A DNA stretch of 63,819 bases, counting the filler, from Octopus bimaculoides (lineage: Eukaryota), in NCBI RefSeq assembly GCF_001194135.2. It is 6 parts of 6 records of this genome, joined end to end, with 100 filler letters (N's around TTAATTAATTAA, not from the genome) between each part and the next. Parts side by side here need not be neighbours in the genome. Positions count along the whole stretch, not along the records: positions 24,487 to 38,497 come from NC_068991.1; 5 more parts are not named here. The stretch is one strand, 5' to 3'. Position numbers and translations under genes: made by a program. Below the pieces are notes generated by a model. It ran no database searches and was not told the origin of the DNA. It saw nothing but the letters and a program-made list of their open reading frames with translations. Positions 24,618 through 37,354 of this stretch are shown piece by piece. Position 1 is the stretch's first letter. Every line of letters begins with the position of its first letter.

Positions 24618-25200
24618 AGGGATCCCCTGCGTTATGAAGGCAATGTGTTTCTGTAAACTTGATGTAATGCAAACTCTCGTAATGCGAAATCAATTTTCCC
24701 ATTAATTTTCATGTTAATAAATGACAATGATTTTCTACAGACATCTTTTTCATTTATGAAACAATGACAATGACAAGAAGAACAACAAAAGCAACACGGT
24801 CACTTTTATGCATGAAATTTAGAAGTTTTATCTTACATTTTCTGCCAATCGTCATATAAAATTTTGGCATTTTAAGAAATTCTCATCGTGCTTATTGGCA
24901 CATTACAATGAGTCTGATCTTCGACCCATAGACCCATGAGCCGTTTCATTTTGAGCAACGCATTTGATCTATCAAAAAAATGAGGTCTGAGCAGTTAGCG
25001 GAATTGCTTCTTGAGCACATCATTTAATTCACTCTCTGTTATCACACTATTGATAGTTTTAATGTATTGGCAATATGGTTGATTTAATTCTTCTGCTTCA
25101 AGCCTTGTTAAAACATCAAGTTTTTAATAGTCAGTGTAATCCTTTTGTGGTTTCTTTTCACACTACTGCCTTCAGTTCCACTTGAAAGGTGGTGATCAAC
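24618..25200 (-). mobile_element. Tigger/pogo-like DNA transposon relic
   Basis: RSNALLKMKRLMGLWVEDQTHCNVPIST (CENP-B-type HTH) on minus; terminal-like cagggatcccctgcgttatg...aaactctcgtaatgcgaaatc at 24618-24690. Confidence 0.6.
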
Positions 25201-25441
25201 AATTATGCACATCAAATATGTATTTTTTTTAAAAATAGCACCAGGAAATAAACTGGTTTGTGAGAGCAAAAATTATTGTCTTAATCCTATCAGTGTAAAA
25301 ATGGAAATGACAAGATGAAAAGGTAAAACAGTGAAGTGGGAAGAAATACTGTATGATTAAAGATAGTTGAAAGATTACCAGATTCAAGAGCATTTCGCCC
25401 CTTGCACATCTAACATGAGCCATAAAAATTCCACACTCTAC

Positions 25442-25494
<53 letters not shown>

Positions 25495-26959
25495 TACATT
25501 CACACACAGAGAGATATACCGGTGTGTTGACTTATAACATATGTAGCTACAGACATTGCTTTCTCGCTGATGCCATTATTGCTGCAGACCGTACAATGAA
25601 CATAGACTACTTACGTTGTTTCTCAATCTAGCTGTCTGTATGTCTATTCACACACACACACGCATACAGAAATAACTCTGAAGCTACACACACACACACA
25701 CATGCAAACACAAATGTATATATTTACATACGCACACACATACGCATACGTGCACAAACATACCCATACGCACACATACATACATACATACATATATACA
25801 CTGTTATCGCCATTGGAAAAACGCTTCATCCCTTTCAAAGTGCAGTTGGCTACCTAGAGACTAGTCACAGACGACTAACATTAAACGGAAGGTGTTATTT
25901 AAATCATTTCAGAACATCTGAAATTCATGCAGCTTCTGCTTCGCAGAAGAGCTCCAGGCCATCCCCTTATCATATCCTAATGTTAAACCGAACAGAATGA
26001 ATTACTCTTCACTTGATGATACATAACACATGAGATAAATTTAAATATTCTGGAAACAATCATGGCTGTGTGGTTAAAAAGCTCGCTTTGCAACCACATA
26101 ATTTCAGGTTCCGTCCCGCTATGTGGTAACATGACAAGTGTTTTCTCTTATAGCCCTGGTCGATCAATGTTTTCCGAATAAGTGTGGAAGCCCGTTGTAT
26201 ATATGTATATATATATATATACATATATATATATTTTCANNNNNNNNNNNNNNNNNNNNNNNNNNNNNNNNNNNNNNNNNNNNNNNNNNNNNNNNNNNNN
26301 NNNNNNNNNNNNNNNNNNNNNNNNNNNNNNNNNNNNNNNTAAGCATTTCGCCCGACATGCTAACGTTTCTGCCAGCTCGCCGCCTTCAAATATGCATATT
26401 CTGAGCAACTCGTGGTATTTCTCTCTAGGAAATCTGAGGTGATTGTCAATTGTCATCCTACGCGATAATTTCTCCAAGATCAGTTTCAATCGACTAATTT
26501 GAAAAATGACACTTGGGGAAATCTTGTAATGGAAAGGTAGCTCTTACGAAACTTCATTCCCTAAATACACGGGAGTGGTTCTCATGATAATAGCCCTTTT
26601 ACAGCAAATCACAAAAGCAGTCTGCAATAATTAATATCCTGTGACCTGACTCGTCCAACAGAAACTTGCCAAAGTTTATTAAAGAACCACCTGTCAAACC
26701 GAAAGCGGCCAAGACCAAATGGAAAACCACGCAGGAGTCTGAATCTCAGAGTACTCACTATGGGATGACCATGGGATTGGACCTAGAAAGTTACCCTCCC
26801 AGGCACAATTTCAGGAAAGATTGCTTATTGGAGACCAGCAGTCGTCCATACATACTACTCTTCCCTCTCCACGCCATTGATGTTATCCAAGGGAAAAGCA
26901 AAGGTTGATACATCTTGGCACCAGTGACATCGCAATCTATTTCTACAGCTGAGGGAACA

Positions 26960-27078
26960 GGAGCAACGTGAAATAAAGTGTCTTGCTCGAGAACACATCA
27001 CAGAGCCTGGTCCGGGAATCGAACTCACTCCTTTATGATAGTGAGCCCGACGCTCTGACCACTGAGTCATAAGCCTTC
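26960..27078 (-). mobile_element. tRNA-derived SINE head, family D
   Basis: Reverse complement: gactcagtggtcagagcgtcgggctc...gagttcgattcccggacc...gtgttctcgagcaagacactttatttcacgttgctc (A and B boxes). Confidence 0.6.
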
Positions 27079-27129
27079 ATTTCACCGTGAATATATATCG
27101 AATCTACGATATATATTCACAGTGAAGCC

Positions 27130-27400
27130 ATTCACAAGTGTCAGCTAACCTATTTGCCAACACTGGTCAAAACTTTGAAGTCTGCGTTTAGCAATGTTAT
27201 GGGCCTAAAATTAATCTATGTGGTTCATCTTGTTTGAGCACTTTCTTAGCAGTGTTCTGGTACTTCGGCTCAAAGAACTAGAAATTCTGCTGCCTGTTGC
27301 GGGAGATATTTGTCAAAGGGTCTCCGAACAAGTTCTGCAAGCAAAATTCGAGCTCGTTGGGTAGACCGCCCTAGCCATGCGATTTGTACCCCGTGCAGTT
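27130..27400 (-). mobile_element. L1/Tx1-type RT fragment
   Basis: GLPNEL...FGDPL...INFRPITLLNADFKVL. Confidence 0.65.
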
Positions 27401-28039
27401 AATTACTGCTTCCCGTATTTCCGCGGCTGATATCGGCTTTTTGCAACACTTTACCTCCTTTGCTGATTACACAAAGCCGTCGAGGTAAGCAATGAAATAC
27501 ATCCTGCATTCCAGTTCACCATTCGTCCTGAATGTTTCTCATTTTCATCCTATAATTTTTAAAAATTTAAAAAAAAAAAAAATTTGTAAGCATTCGCTAC
27601 GAATCACTCCAACCCTTGTCTGTCCTCTATGTTAGGCCTTTATGACTATAATAAAATCAATTCGTCCGGAATGCTGCTGAAATGCAAAGTGCTACTGAAA
27701 TATTTGGACCATTCTGTTAAGCTTAACCATTTGTAGTTATAGGGGTGATAAAATTGTTAAAAAAAAAACCCCTGATTATTCCCTTAAAATCGTACACTTC
27801 GATGGTTTGAAACAGTCTTTGTTTATGCGATCACTATCACCGTTGGGTAATAGATAGTAGTATCAGAGTAAGGGTAGGAGGAGAGTAAAAATATTACTAT
27901 TTATAGCAAGGCCAAGAGCAACGGTGCCACTTTTTCGAGTACTCTCCGAATAAGTCGGCTGTTCCTGTGTATTTACGTATCGCAGCTATTCTCTTGTTAT
28001 TTTCTACTCTTCGAACGATATAGCAAGAGCGCTACAACA

Positions 28040-28042
28040 ATG
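28040..28042 (+). CDS. TUBA: Alpha-tubulin exon 1 (initiator ATG only)
   Basis: ctacaacaATG|gtaagt; an ATG-only first exon is typical of alpha-tubulins and supplies the M for the RECV exon. Confidence 0.8.
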
Positions 28043-29293
28043 GTAAGTTTGCTATCGTTTTATTCCAGTCTGTCGCTCAATTAAATTATAGCGAATCGAG
28101 TTTTGAATTACATGGAAAAATGCGAGCAGGAGAAATAATCTGGAAATTATAAATCTGGAAAAACACAGAATAAGTTATTACACCTCGTAAAGTACAGAGC
28201 AAGAAAATTTTTACTTAAAATATTGCTCAGGATAAAATTTCAAATAAGATATTTAGATGTAGAAAATATTAGCTTTTATTAAAACTAAAAATTTTATTAC
28301 AAGTTATTATATTTATTACTCGTTACTTCTATTAAAAATAACTGAATTAAAATATTTTATCCTTCGCTGCAATATTTTAAGTAAAAATTTTCTTGTTCTG
28401 TACTCTACCAGATTTATAACCTTAAGAATTTTATTTCTCTTCTTTGCATTTTTCCATGTATTCCACTGCTATGCTGTTATGCTAATTAATAATGTGTCAA
28501 TTGGCGGTGTCGCTGATAATTTTTTTCCTTACATCATTGATACCGGTGACATGTATCAAAAATACCCTAGAACTAAATTCATAAAAAAAAAGTATAGAGC
28601 TATATTATCACCTTCAAATTTGAGAAACAAACACTCGTAACTTTTTTTCTTTTAAAACTTCATTGCTGGAGATTGATACCTTGAAATTCCTCGAATTGAG
28701 CTCATCGTTTAAGCTTAATTAAAATATAGTTTTTAAATACAGTTAATTATACTTAAATCCAATTTTTTTGGATACTTTTTGTTGCATGGGATCAAAACTA
28801 TGAAATTCGTAATACTTTCTTCTATCATTGAAGCTAAAATAGATATATTTTGCTTTTAAAATATTTAAATCTAAACTTGGCCGGTGGTGTTACTTACCCA
28901 CTACAAATTTTTATGTAAACTTTTTTCTACTGGACCAAACATGAATTTTTTAATGCCAAAATGTAGCTAAGAAGCATTCCTTTTGAAAAATGCTATTGGT
29001 TTTCTATTTGGTTAAGAACAGAATTAGCGGCAAGCTCCTAAAGATGCTGCGTGTGAGTAAATTGCGGGCCTAAGAATATTATTCAACTACCTCCGTAGCT
29101 GAATGATACAACCCTGAGAAAATGTTTCATTTAAATTTGTTTCAGTCATTTGACTGCAGCCATGCTGGAGCACGGCATTTTCAGTCTAGCAAATCGATCC
29201 CAGTATTTATTCTTTGTAAGCCTAGTACTTATTCTATCTGTCTCCTCTGCCGAACCGCTAAGTTACAGGGATGTATAACCCTCCTTTTTTCAG

Positions 29294-29513
29294 AGGGAAT
29301 GTGTCAGTATTCACATAGGACAAACTGGAGTCCAAATTGGCAACGCTTGTTGGGAGCTCTATTGCCTTGAACATGGTATCCAGCCAAATGGTCAGGTATC
29401 ATTTGGAGAGTCTTCTCGTGCTAATGATTCATCTACCACGTTCTTTCATGAGATAGGCTCTGGAAAACGTGTCCCAAGATCTATATTTATTGATTTAGAA
29501 CCCTCAGTTATTG
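29294..29513 (+). CDS. TUBA: Alpha-tubulin exon 2
   Basis: tttttttcag|220 nt|gtaagt: [73 protein letters not shown]. Confidence 0.95.
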
Positions 29514-29620
29514 GTAAGTATAAACGTTTCATAATTGTTTTTAAGAGTAAATTAAATAACGAATTGACAGGCCATGCATTTAATGTTCTGGTTAATCAAC
29601 CTTCTGTATGTTTATGTTGT

Positions 29621-29983
29621 GGAGGCGCAATGGCCCAGTGATGAGGGCAGCGGACTCGCTGTCATAGGATCGCGGTTTCGATTCCCAGACCGGGCATTGT
29701 GAGTGTATATTGAGCAAAAACACCTAAGGCTCCGGTAGGGGATAGTGGCGAACCCTGCTGTATTCTTTCAACACAACTTTCTCTCACTCTTACTTCTTGC
29801 TTCTGTTGTGCCTGTAATTCAAAGGGTCAGCCGTGTCACGCTGAATATCCCCGAGAACTACGTTAAGGGTACACGTGTCTGTGGAGTGCTCAGCCACTTG
29901 CACGTTAATTTCACGAGCAGGCTGTTCCGTTGATCAGATTAACTGGAACCCTCGACGTCATAAGCAACGGAGTGCCAACAACA
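29621..29983 (+). mobile_element. SINE family B, full length, in tubulin intron 2
   Basis: ggaggcgcaatggcccagtg...gtttcgattccc tRNA-like head; tail ...cggagtgccaacaaca; other copies at 32825-33196(-), 35601-35767(-), 41712-41910(+). Confidence 0.85.
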
Positions 29984-30410
29984 ATTTTTATGTTGGAAAA
30001 ATCCGAAGAAAGATTTCTGACGATATGAAGCAGTGGTTCCTTGTAATCGTTATATTCCCGAATGCCGCTAGATATACAATTTTCTTAGATATTGGGAAAT
30101 ATTTCAAAATTCTGTTGAACAGAACTGATAACGGCAGCAAAATGTGTTAACTATATAACCGGTTAAATGTGAGTAGATTAGTGATATTCTATTTATCCAT
30201 CATTTGAATAAGTATTGTTAGCAGTATATTATGAGGAATGTTATACATGGAATTGGTAGGTTTATTCTACTGAACTGATAAAGCAAGTTATGCGCAGGAC
30301 TGTTCGATAAATCTCTACATTTTATGCTCTTCTGATATAAGAAAAATCTTGCAATTATTATATTGCTGGTTTGATATGATGTGATTATTGTTCAATATCT
30401 TATTTTCCAG

Positions 30411-31163
30411 ATCAAGTACGCGCTGGAAAATACAGCCGGTTATTTCACCCCAACCAACTCATCAGTGGTAAAGAGGACGCAGCCAACAATTATGCCAGGG
30501 GTCACTACACTGTTGGCAAGGAAATCGTTGATTTGGTCTGTGACCAAATTCATAAATTAACTGAACAGTGCTCTAGCCTCCAAGGCTTCTTGATTTTTCA
30601 TAGTTTCGGTGGCGGCACTGGTTCTGGTTTTACTTCTCTGTTAATGGAGCATCTGACTGTTGACTTTGGTAAAAAGACAAAGCTTCAATTTTCAGTCTAT
30701 CCGGCACCACGAATTTCTACAGCTGTAGTAGAACCCTACAATTCCGTCTTGACCACTCATAGCACTCTAGAGCATTGTGATTGCGCTTTTATGGTCGACA
30801 ATGAAGCAATTTATGACATCTGTAAAAGGCGTTTAGATGTTGGGTATCCAACATATATGAACCTTAATCGTCCCATTGCTCAAGTAGTGAGTTCTATTAC
30901 TGCTTCTCTAAGGTTTGATGGGTCCCTTAATGTTGATTTAACCGAGTTTCAAACCAACCTGGTACCTTATCCACGTATTCATTTCCCGTTGATTACGTAT
31001 GCACCTATAATATCGGTTGAGAAAGCGTACCACGAACAGTTAACTGTTTCTGAAATAACAAATGCGTGCTTTGAAACCGGTAACCAGATGGTTAAATGTG
31101 ACCCTCGTCGTGGCAAGTACATGGCTTGCTGTCTGTTGTACCGAGGTGACGTGGTCTCGAAAG
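30411..31163 (+). CDS. TUBA: Alpha-tubulin exon 3, part before the gap
   Basis: tattttccag|AT CAA GTA...; [52 protein letters not shown]. Confidence 0.95.
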
Positions 31164-31364
31164 NNNNNNNNNNNNNNNNNNNNNNNNNNNNNNNNNNNNN
31201 NNNNNNNNNNNNNNNNNNNNNNNNNNNNNNNNNNNNNNNNNNNNNNNNNNNNNNNNNNNNNNNNNNNNNNNNNNNNNNNNNNNNNNNNNNNNNNNNNNNN
31301 NNNNNNNNNNNNNNNNNNNNNNNNNNNNNNNNNNNNNNNNNNNNNNNNNNNNNNNNNNNNNNNN

Positions 31365-31721
31365 ATTGCAGCAATTAAAATGAAAAAATCCATCCAGTTT
31401 GTGGATTGGTGCCCAACAGGGTTTAAAGTTGGTATCAATTACCAGCCCCCAACTGTTATCCCTGGAGGAGACATGGCCGAGGTCCAACGGGCCGTGTGTA
31501 TGCTGAGCAACACGACAGCTATTGCTGAAGCTTGGGCCCGTCTGAATCATAAATTTGACTTGATGTATGCCAAGCGAGCTTTTGTTCATTGGTATGTTGG
31601 TGAAGGTATGGAGGAAGGAGAGTTCTCGGAAGCGCGCGAAGATATGGCTGCACTGGAGAAAGATTATGAAGAAGTTAGTATTGACACAGCTGAAGTGCAA
31701 GATGAGATCGAAGAATATTAA
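31365..31721 (+). CDS. TUBA: Alpha-tubulin C-terminal coding part
   Basis: [29 protein letters not shown]...[52 protein letters not shown] at 31719-31721. Confidence 0.95.
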   Translation: MAAIKMKKSIQFVDWCPTGFKVGINYQPPTVIPGGDMAEVQRAVCMLSNTTAIAEAWARLNHKFDLMYAKRAFVHWYVGEGMEEGEFSEAREDMAALEKDYEEVSIDTAEVQDEIEEY

Positions 31722-31852
31722 ATCTTATTACAAGCGGGGTGAGATACACACACACACAAGTGTGTATTTCTCCAATTTTTTTTTTTTAAACTAGTGAATT
31801 AGTTTTGGAATATTAAAATCGCATCGTTTTACTGTTTGTGTTGCATATTCGA

Positions 31853-31858
31853 AATAAA
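31853..31858 (+). terminator. Probable tubulin polyadenylation signal AATAAA
   Basis: First canonical AATAAA ~130 nt after the stop codon. Confidence 0.5.
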
Positions 31859-32824
31859 AGAATTTTTAAAAATAACATTTTTCAAATTTCTTTCGAAATA
31901 TTAGCAAACCATTATCACAATCCATTCAGACTCCTTTCTTCAGACGTGTTTCTAATATAAGTATTGAAACTAAATTTTGTCACCGTACAGGAAGCAGTTG
32001 GACATTTAATATACCAGAACCAGTATTAGATGGAGCGGACAAATCATGTTAGCAAAAGTTGCTATCGTTGACTAATCTGCAAGTTTGAAGGGAGGGGGCT
32101 TTGTGGATTACGTCGTACGCAGTAACCCAACTTGTTTCTCCTTTATCAACCCTGAACGGCAAAGTTGAACTTGCCACTTAAATGCGAACAAAATGCCGCT
32201 AAGCATTTTCTGCCGCCTTAAATAAATTTTACTATTATAGGGACAAGTTCTGAGTGGTTTGTCGATTAAGACGGCAGCAATGCTCACGTATTAATTTTAC
32301 CGATCCCGCAAAGATGAAAGGTGAATTCGACCTCGGCCGAATTCGAACTCAGAGCGTAGAGGAAAAAATGCTGCTAAGCATTTAGTCCGGCTGACTATTC
32401 TGCCACATCGTTACCTTTTTAGTAATACTACCATACTTCCATGAAGTTACAAAGGATATTCTAAGCGGCTTTCGAGATATCCGGTGATCCTTAGTCAGCT
32501 CCATTTAACATTAACTTACATAACTTGTATTTCAAATATTTGATAACTAGACAACACTTAATCGCTACATACAAGGAAACTTGCGGGATTTTAAGGGCGG
32601 AAATAGGTCAAGCTTTATGTTAATAATAAGTGTCGCTATCGAGTCAAGACCTGGACTTTTCAGGGCGGTATTAATTACACGTGCGCACGCACGCATCTTT
32701 GCATTAAAACACTACAGAAAAGTTGTCGAATAAATGTTAAAATAAACGTATAACAAGCAAAAGCACGAAAAACAAATTGGCTTGTTATATAAATGTATAT
32801 GTATCTTTATACGTCTTTTTATTT

Positions 32825-33196
32825 TGTTGGCACTCCGTCGGTTACGACGACTAGTGTTCCAGTTGATCCGAACAGCCTGCTCGTGAAATTAACGTGCATG
32901 TGGCTGAGCACTCCACAGACACGTGTACCCTTAACGTAGTTCTCGAGGATATTCAGCGTGACACAGTGTGACAAGGCTGACCCTTTGAATTACAGGCACA
33001 ACAGAAACAGGAAGTAAGAGTGAGAGAAAGTTGTGGTGAAAGAGTACAGCAGGGTTCGCCACCATCCCCTTCCGGAGCCTCGTGGAGCTTTAGGTGTTTT
33101 CGCTCGATAAACACTCGCAACGCCCGGTCTGGGAATCGAAACCACGATCCTATGACCGCGAGTCCGCTGCCCTAACCACTGGGCCATTGCGCCTCC
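32825..33196 (-). mobile_element. SINE family B, full length
   Basis: Reverse complement of the 29621-29983 type. Confidence 0.85.
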
Positions 33197-34416
33197 GATA
33201 CGTATCTTATATATAAAAGTAAATAAGGAAATGCAGGTATCTGCGCATTGCGGCCGCACGCGTGTGTGTACGCACAGATTCATAGTGTTATGTATACATA
33301 TAAACGTATGTGTAGATTTTATATGTATCCTCAGTAAATCACAAAAGAAGCACACTGCTATAGAGCAGCGTAATTATAGTTGTGGTCGGTTCATAGGGTT
33401 ACCCAGAATTTCGCGTCTATAATGCGTCTAGCTTTACATACGCCTCGTCAGATCCTAATGTCGGTGGCCTATAACCTCTCTTTATGATTATATCTTACTT
33501 TAATCCTTATCTACCTGCTCAAGGAAAAACCGCCTATAGCTGCTTCTGATAGGCATTCTCAACATCTCAGTCGCAGTTCAAGCCAGTTTTAATGATAAAC
33601 CAAACACTCGTAGTAAACATTTACTTTAAGTCAGTCGACGAAAACTCCTAAGATATCTATATCTCGCGACAGTGACAAATCCAGCGGAGTAGCAGTCAGT
33701 TAAGGCAATAATTACTTACACCCGTGTACTTGTGTGTTTCACTAAACAAAACATTTACAATTTTAATTTTGTATTTGGCCCAGATGTCTTTAGCTTGTAG
33801 TTTTAAGATAAGATTCTTCATATCTTCTATAATTGGTATTTTGACTTTTGCTCTCTAATTAGGTTGGTCTAAAAGAAATATGAATTTTTCAGTTTCAGAC
33901 AAACCTTAGATTTCGTCTTCGTATATTTGCTTTAAATATAGGCCTCACCCAGCAGACTCGTACATTGATTAAAATAAGTTATTGTTAATATAAATTAGTG
34001 TATAAATATTTTGTTAGAATAGTGGAGTATCATACGAGGGATACAAAGTTACCGTAGTGAACTTCCAATTGTAACTCATTTAACCGGCCCGAATTTTTCC
34101 CCTCGAGGTTTCGGAGTTTTCAATGTTTTCAAATTTATATTTAAGAAACTCTATCATGTACGATTTTATCTGTTTTAAGTACTTATATAGGTTTGCCAAA
34201 AGTCTCTCGATAGTAAATCAAAATTCCATAAATACTGTAATTTTGTATTGACTCGAATAGAAAAATGTGTCACTCAAGGATTTCAGTTCGAAAATTTTTC
34301 ATGTCTCGTATTTAGATGCTTTTATTAAATTCATTCAGTTGTGAAACCTAAATAAAACATTAGAATTAAATAGTTTTGATTTACTGTTGGGGTGACTTTT
34401 GGCCAACCCTGTATAT

Positions 34417-34760
34417 AGGCGTAGCTGTGTGGTAAGAAGCTTGCTTCCCAACCACATGGTTCCGGGTTCAGTCCTGTATGGCACCTTGGGCAAGTGTTTT
34501 CTGCTATAGCCTCAGGCCTACCAATGCCTTGTGAATGGATTTCGTAGACGGAAACTGAAGGAGGCCCGTCGTGTGTGTGTGTGTGTGTCCCCGCATCGCT
34601 TGATAACTGATGCTGGTGTGTATGTCCCTGTGACTTAGCGGTCCAACAAAATAGACCGATTGAATAAGTACTAGGCTTATAAATTCCTGCGATCGATTCC
34701 TTCGACTTAAACACTTTAAAGCGGAGCTCCAACATGGCCACAATCAAATGATGGAAACAA
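34417..34760 (+). mobile_element. SINE family A
   Basis: ggcgtagctgtgtggtaagaagcttgc...ccttgggcaagtg...aataagtactaggctta...catggccacaatcaaatga. Confidence 0.8.
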
Positions 34761-35450
34761 GTGTGTGTGTGTGTGTGTGTGAGAGAATTTATCGGAATTT
34801 TTTTTTCCTGCGTTTTTCCAAATTTCAAAATAAAACCTTTTAATCGATATTTTTTTTTCAAACGCCTACCCTGCCCCACCTCATGTATCTTAAATCTTGA
34901 ATGAAGCGGCAGTTCGAAATTTTCTTTTCTGTAAAAACGCGTATTACACGTTTTAAAATTTGGACTGATATAACAATTAAGATATAGTGCAACATTCACA
35001 GTGCAACCAAATTTATCTCGTACTTAGACCAGTTCGTTTTGTAAAGCAGTAAACGTGTTTCTTGCTTACGTTTGTTTTGTCAAAGATTAATGTTTTGTTC
35101 AAGAGCTACAGTTTGTAATCCAACTAGAAACAGATACAAAAAGTAGTCAATATTTCATTTTTGAGTAGTAGCAGGAACAGCGTCGATGGTAGGGTGCCAT
35201 CGCTTCTTTAACCGTTTTTTGAAAATGTTATACCTAGTGTGTTTGCACATGTTACAAATATCCTAAGTGGTCGATTTAACAAAATAGTCGAGCACTGTTA
35301 TCACAGCAGTAAATAAAATCATGGCGCATGCTTTCAGTTTTCCATTGCTTCAACAGCTCTGAATCGAAAATGATAAAGATTATGAACTGTTATTCTTGCA
35401 TACGGAAGTTCGATGGTTGGTAATGGGGGAAACTACCTGAAAGTTTCTAT

Positions 35451-35767
35451 AGGCGTAGGAGTGGCTGTGTGGTAAGTAGTTTGGAAAAGAACCACATGGT
35501 TCCGGGTTCAGTCCCACAGCGTGGTACCTTGAGCAAGTGTCTTCTACTATAGCTTCGGGCCGACCAAAGCCTTGTCAGTGGATTTGGTAGACGGAAACAG
35601 GAAGAAAGAGTGAGAGAAAGTTGTGGTGAAATAGTACAGCAGGGTTCGCCAGCATCCCCTGCCGGAGCCTCGTGGAGCTTTAGGTGTTTTCGCTCAATAA
35701 ACACTCACGACGCTCACAACGCTCGGTCTGGTAACCGAAACCGCGATCCTATGACCGCGAGCCGCTG
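35451..35767. mobile_element. SINE A 5' half (+) fused to SINE B 5' half (-)
   Basis: A-type ...gatttggtagacgGAAAC continues as B reverse complement GAAACaggaagaaagagtgagagaaagttgtggtg... Confidence 0.7.
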
Positions 35768-37354
35768 NNNNNNNNNNNNNNNNNNNNNNNNNNNNNNNNN
35801 NNNNNNNNNNNNNNNNNNNNNNNNNNNNNNNNNNNNNNNNNNNNNNNNNNNNNNNNNNNNNNNNNNNNNNNNNNNNNNNNNNNNNNNNNNNNNNNNNNNN
35901 NNNNNNNNNNNNNNNNNNNNNNNNNNNNNNNNNNNNNNNNNNNNNNNNNNNNNNNNNNNNNNNNNNNNNNNNNNNNNNNNNNNNNNNNNNNNNNNNNNNN
36001 NNNNNNNNNNNNNNNNNNNNNNNNNNNNNNNNNNNNNNNNNNNNNNNNNNNNNNNNNNNNNNNNNNNNNNNNNNNNNNNNNNNNNNNNNNNNNNNNNNNN
36101 NNNNNNNNNNNNNNNNNNNNNNNNNNNNNNNNNNNNNNNNNNNNNNNNNNNNNNNNNNNNNNNNNNNNNNNNNNNNNNNNNNNNNNNNNNNNNNNNNNNN
36201 NNNNNNNNNNNNNNNNNNNNNNNNNNNNNNNNNNNNNNNNNNNNNNNNNNNNNNNNNNNNNNNNNNNNNNNNNNNNNNNNNNNNNNNNNNNNNNNNNNNN
36301 TATATATATATATATATATATATGGAGGTCTTCGACATACGCATACGTATAAATACCAATAAGGCATTGTTTTCAAAAAAAGTGTTTATATGAAGTCATT
36401 TACTGTATATTTACTTAACGTAGTAATTAGAAAACATCAATTAATCCCAGTCATCGGGCATTCATCTTGTAAACAACTGTACTTCAGGGTAAACAATTTG
36501 TTTACATTTTCCTTAAGAAGATTTACGTTCGGAACTTCAGCAGCTGAGAGTTGAGGTAATCGTCCTTGATAATGTCTTAATCAGATGAAACACGTATCGG
36601 TCGATGCCTTAATTTTTAACTTCCGAAGTTTCTTTCGTTCTTTCATTCACAGTATAGTTCTACACTGACTCGAACTATATGATTCGTAAATATACCGTAC
36701 ATGATTTCAAGCCAAGCTCAATCTTCGGCTTTTTTTCGTCCCACCAAAGTGGAAACGCGAAAAGAAACGAACCTCAGCATGTCATCCAAGAAGAAGTCTG
36801 CACAGGCGTAAATGAAGCAAAGATTAGCAGGTTGGTGAGACTCTGCCGAAAGGAACTCTGAACAAAGTGAGCCAATATATAGCAGAGTTGATATATACTG
36901 GAGTTGATCAACCTCGACTAGGTCAATTGGGCGTGAGGGTCTGGTGTTGAAAGATTGGAGTCTCCCTGAGACCCCAGAAACACCACTGATGATGCATCTC
37001 AGACCATCCACGAATTTTTTTTGTTTTTCACCTTTACTTTTTTCCACCCATTCTCCTCCCAATTTTTTTCCCGGGATTTGTCTTGTATTGTCCTGATTTG
37101 TAACAACTTATATAACTTATATAAGACCTAACCCTCAGAGCCCAAAGATTACTTGGAGACACAAGGCGTGTTATAAAACCTTACTTAGACTACGTCTCTA
37201 CTGTATGAAACTATTTGTTGCTCACAACTACGTACTTTGTAAATTAAACGATATACATATATATATATATATATATATATGAAATAATTGCTATGAAGCA
37301 GTGTGGAGAATATATTGTATAATGGATCGTGGGTAAGGCCAGAAGAATATATAT

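Noticed and set aside
33380-33640. Minus-strand words VNVYY, AAIG, VIGH and GNPMN suggesting the M13 catalytic domain
   Set aside because: They are in different frames, with stops, wrong spacing and no HExxH; treated as chance.
36770-36812. Possible first exon MSSKKKSAQA in a CpG-containing patch
   Set aside because: Ten codons then a stop or weak donor; no matching downstream exon recognised.
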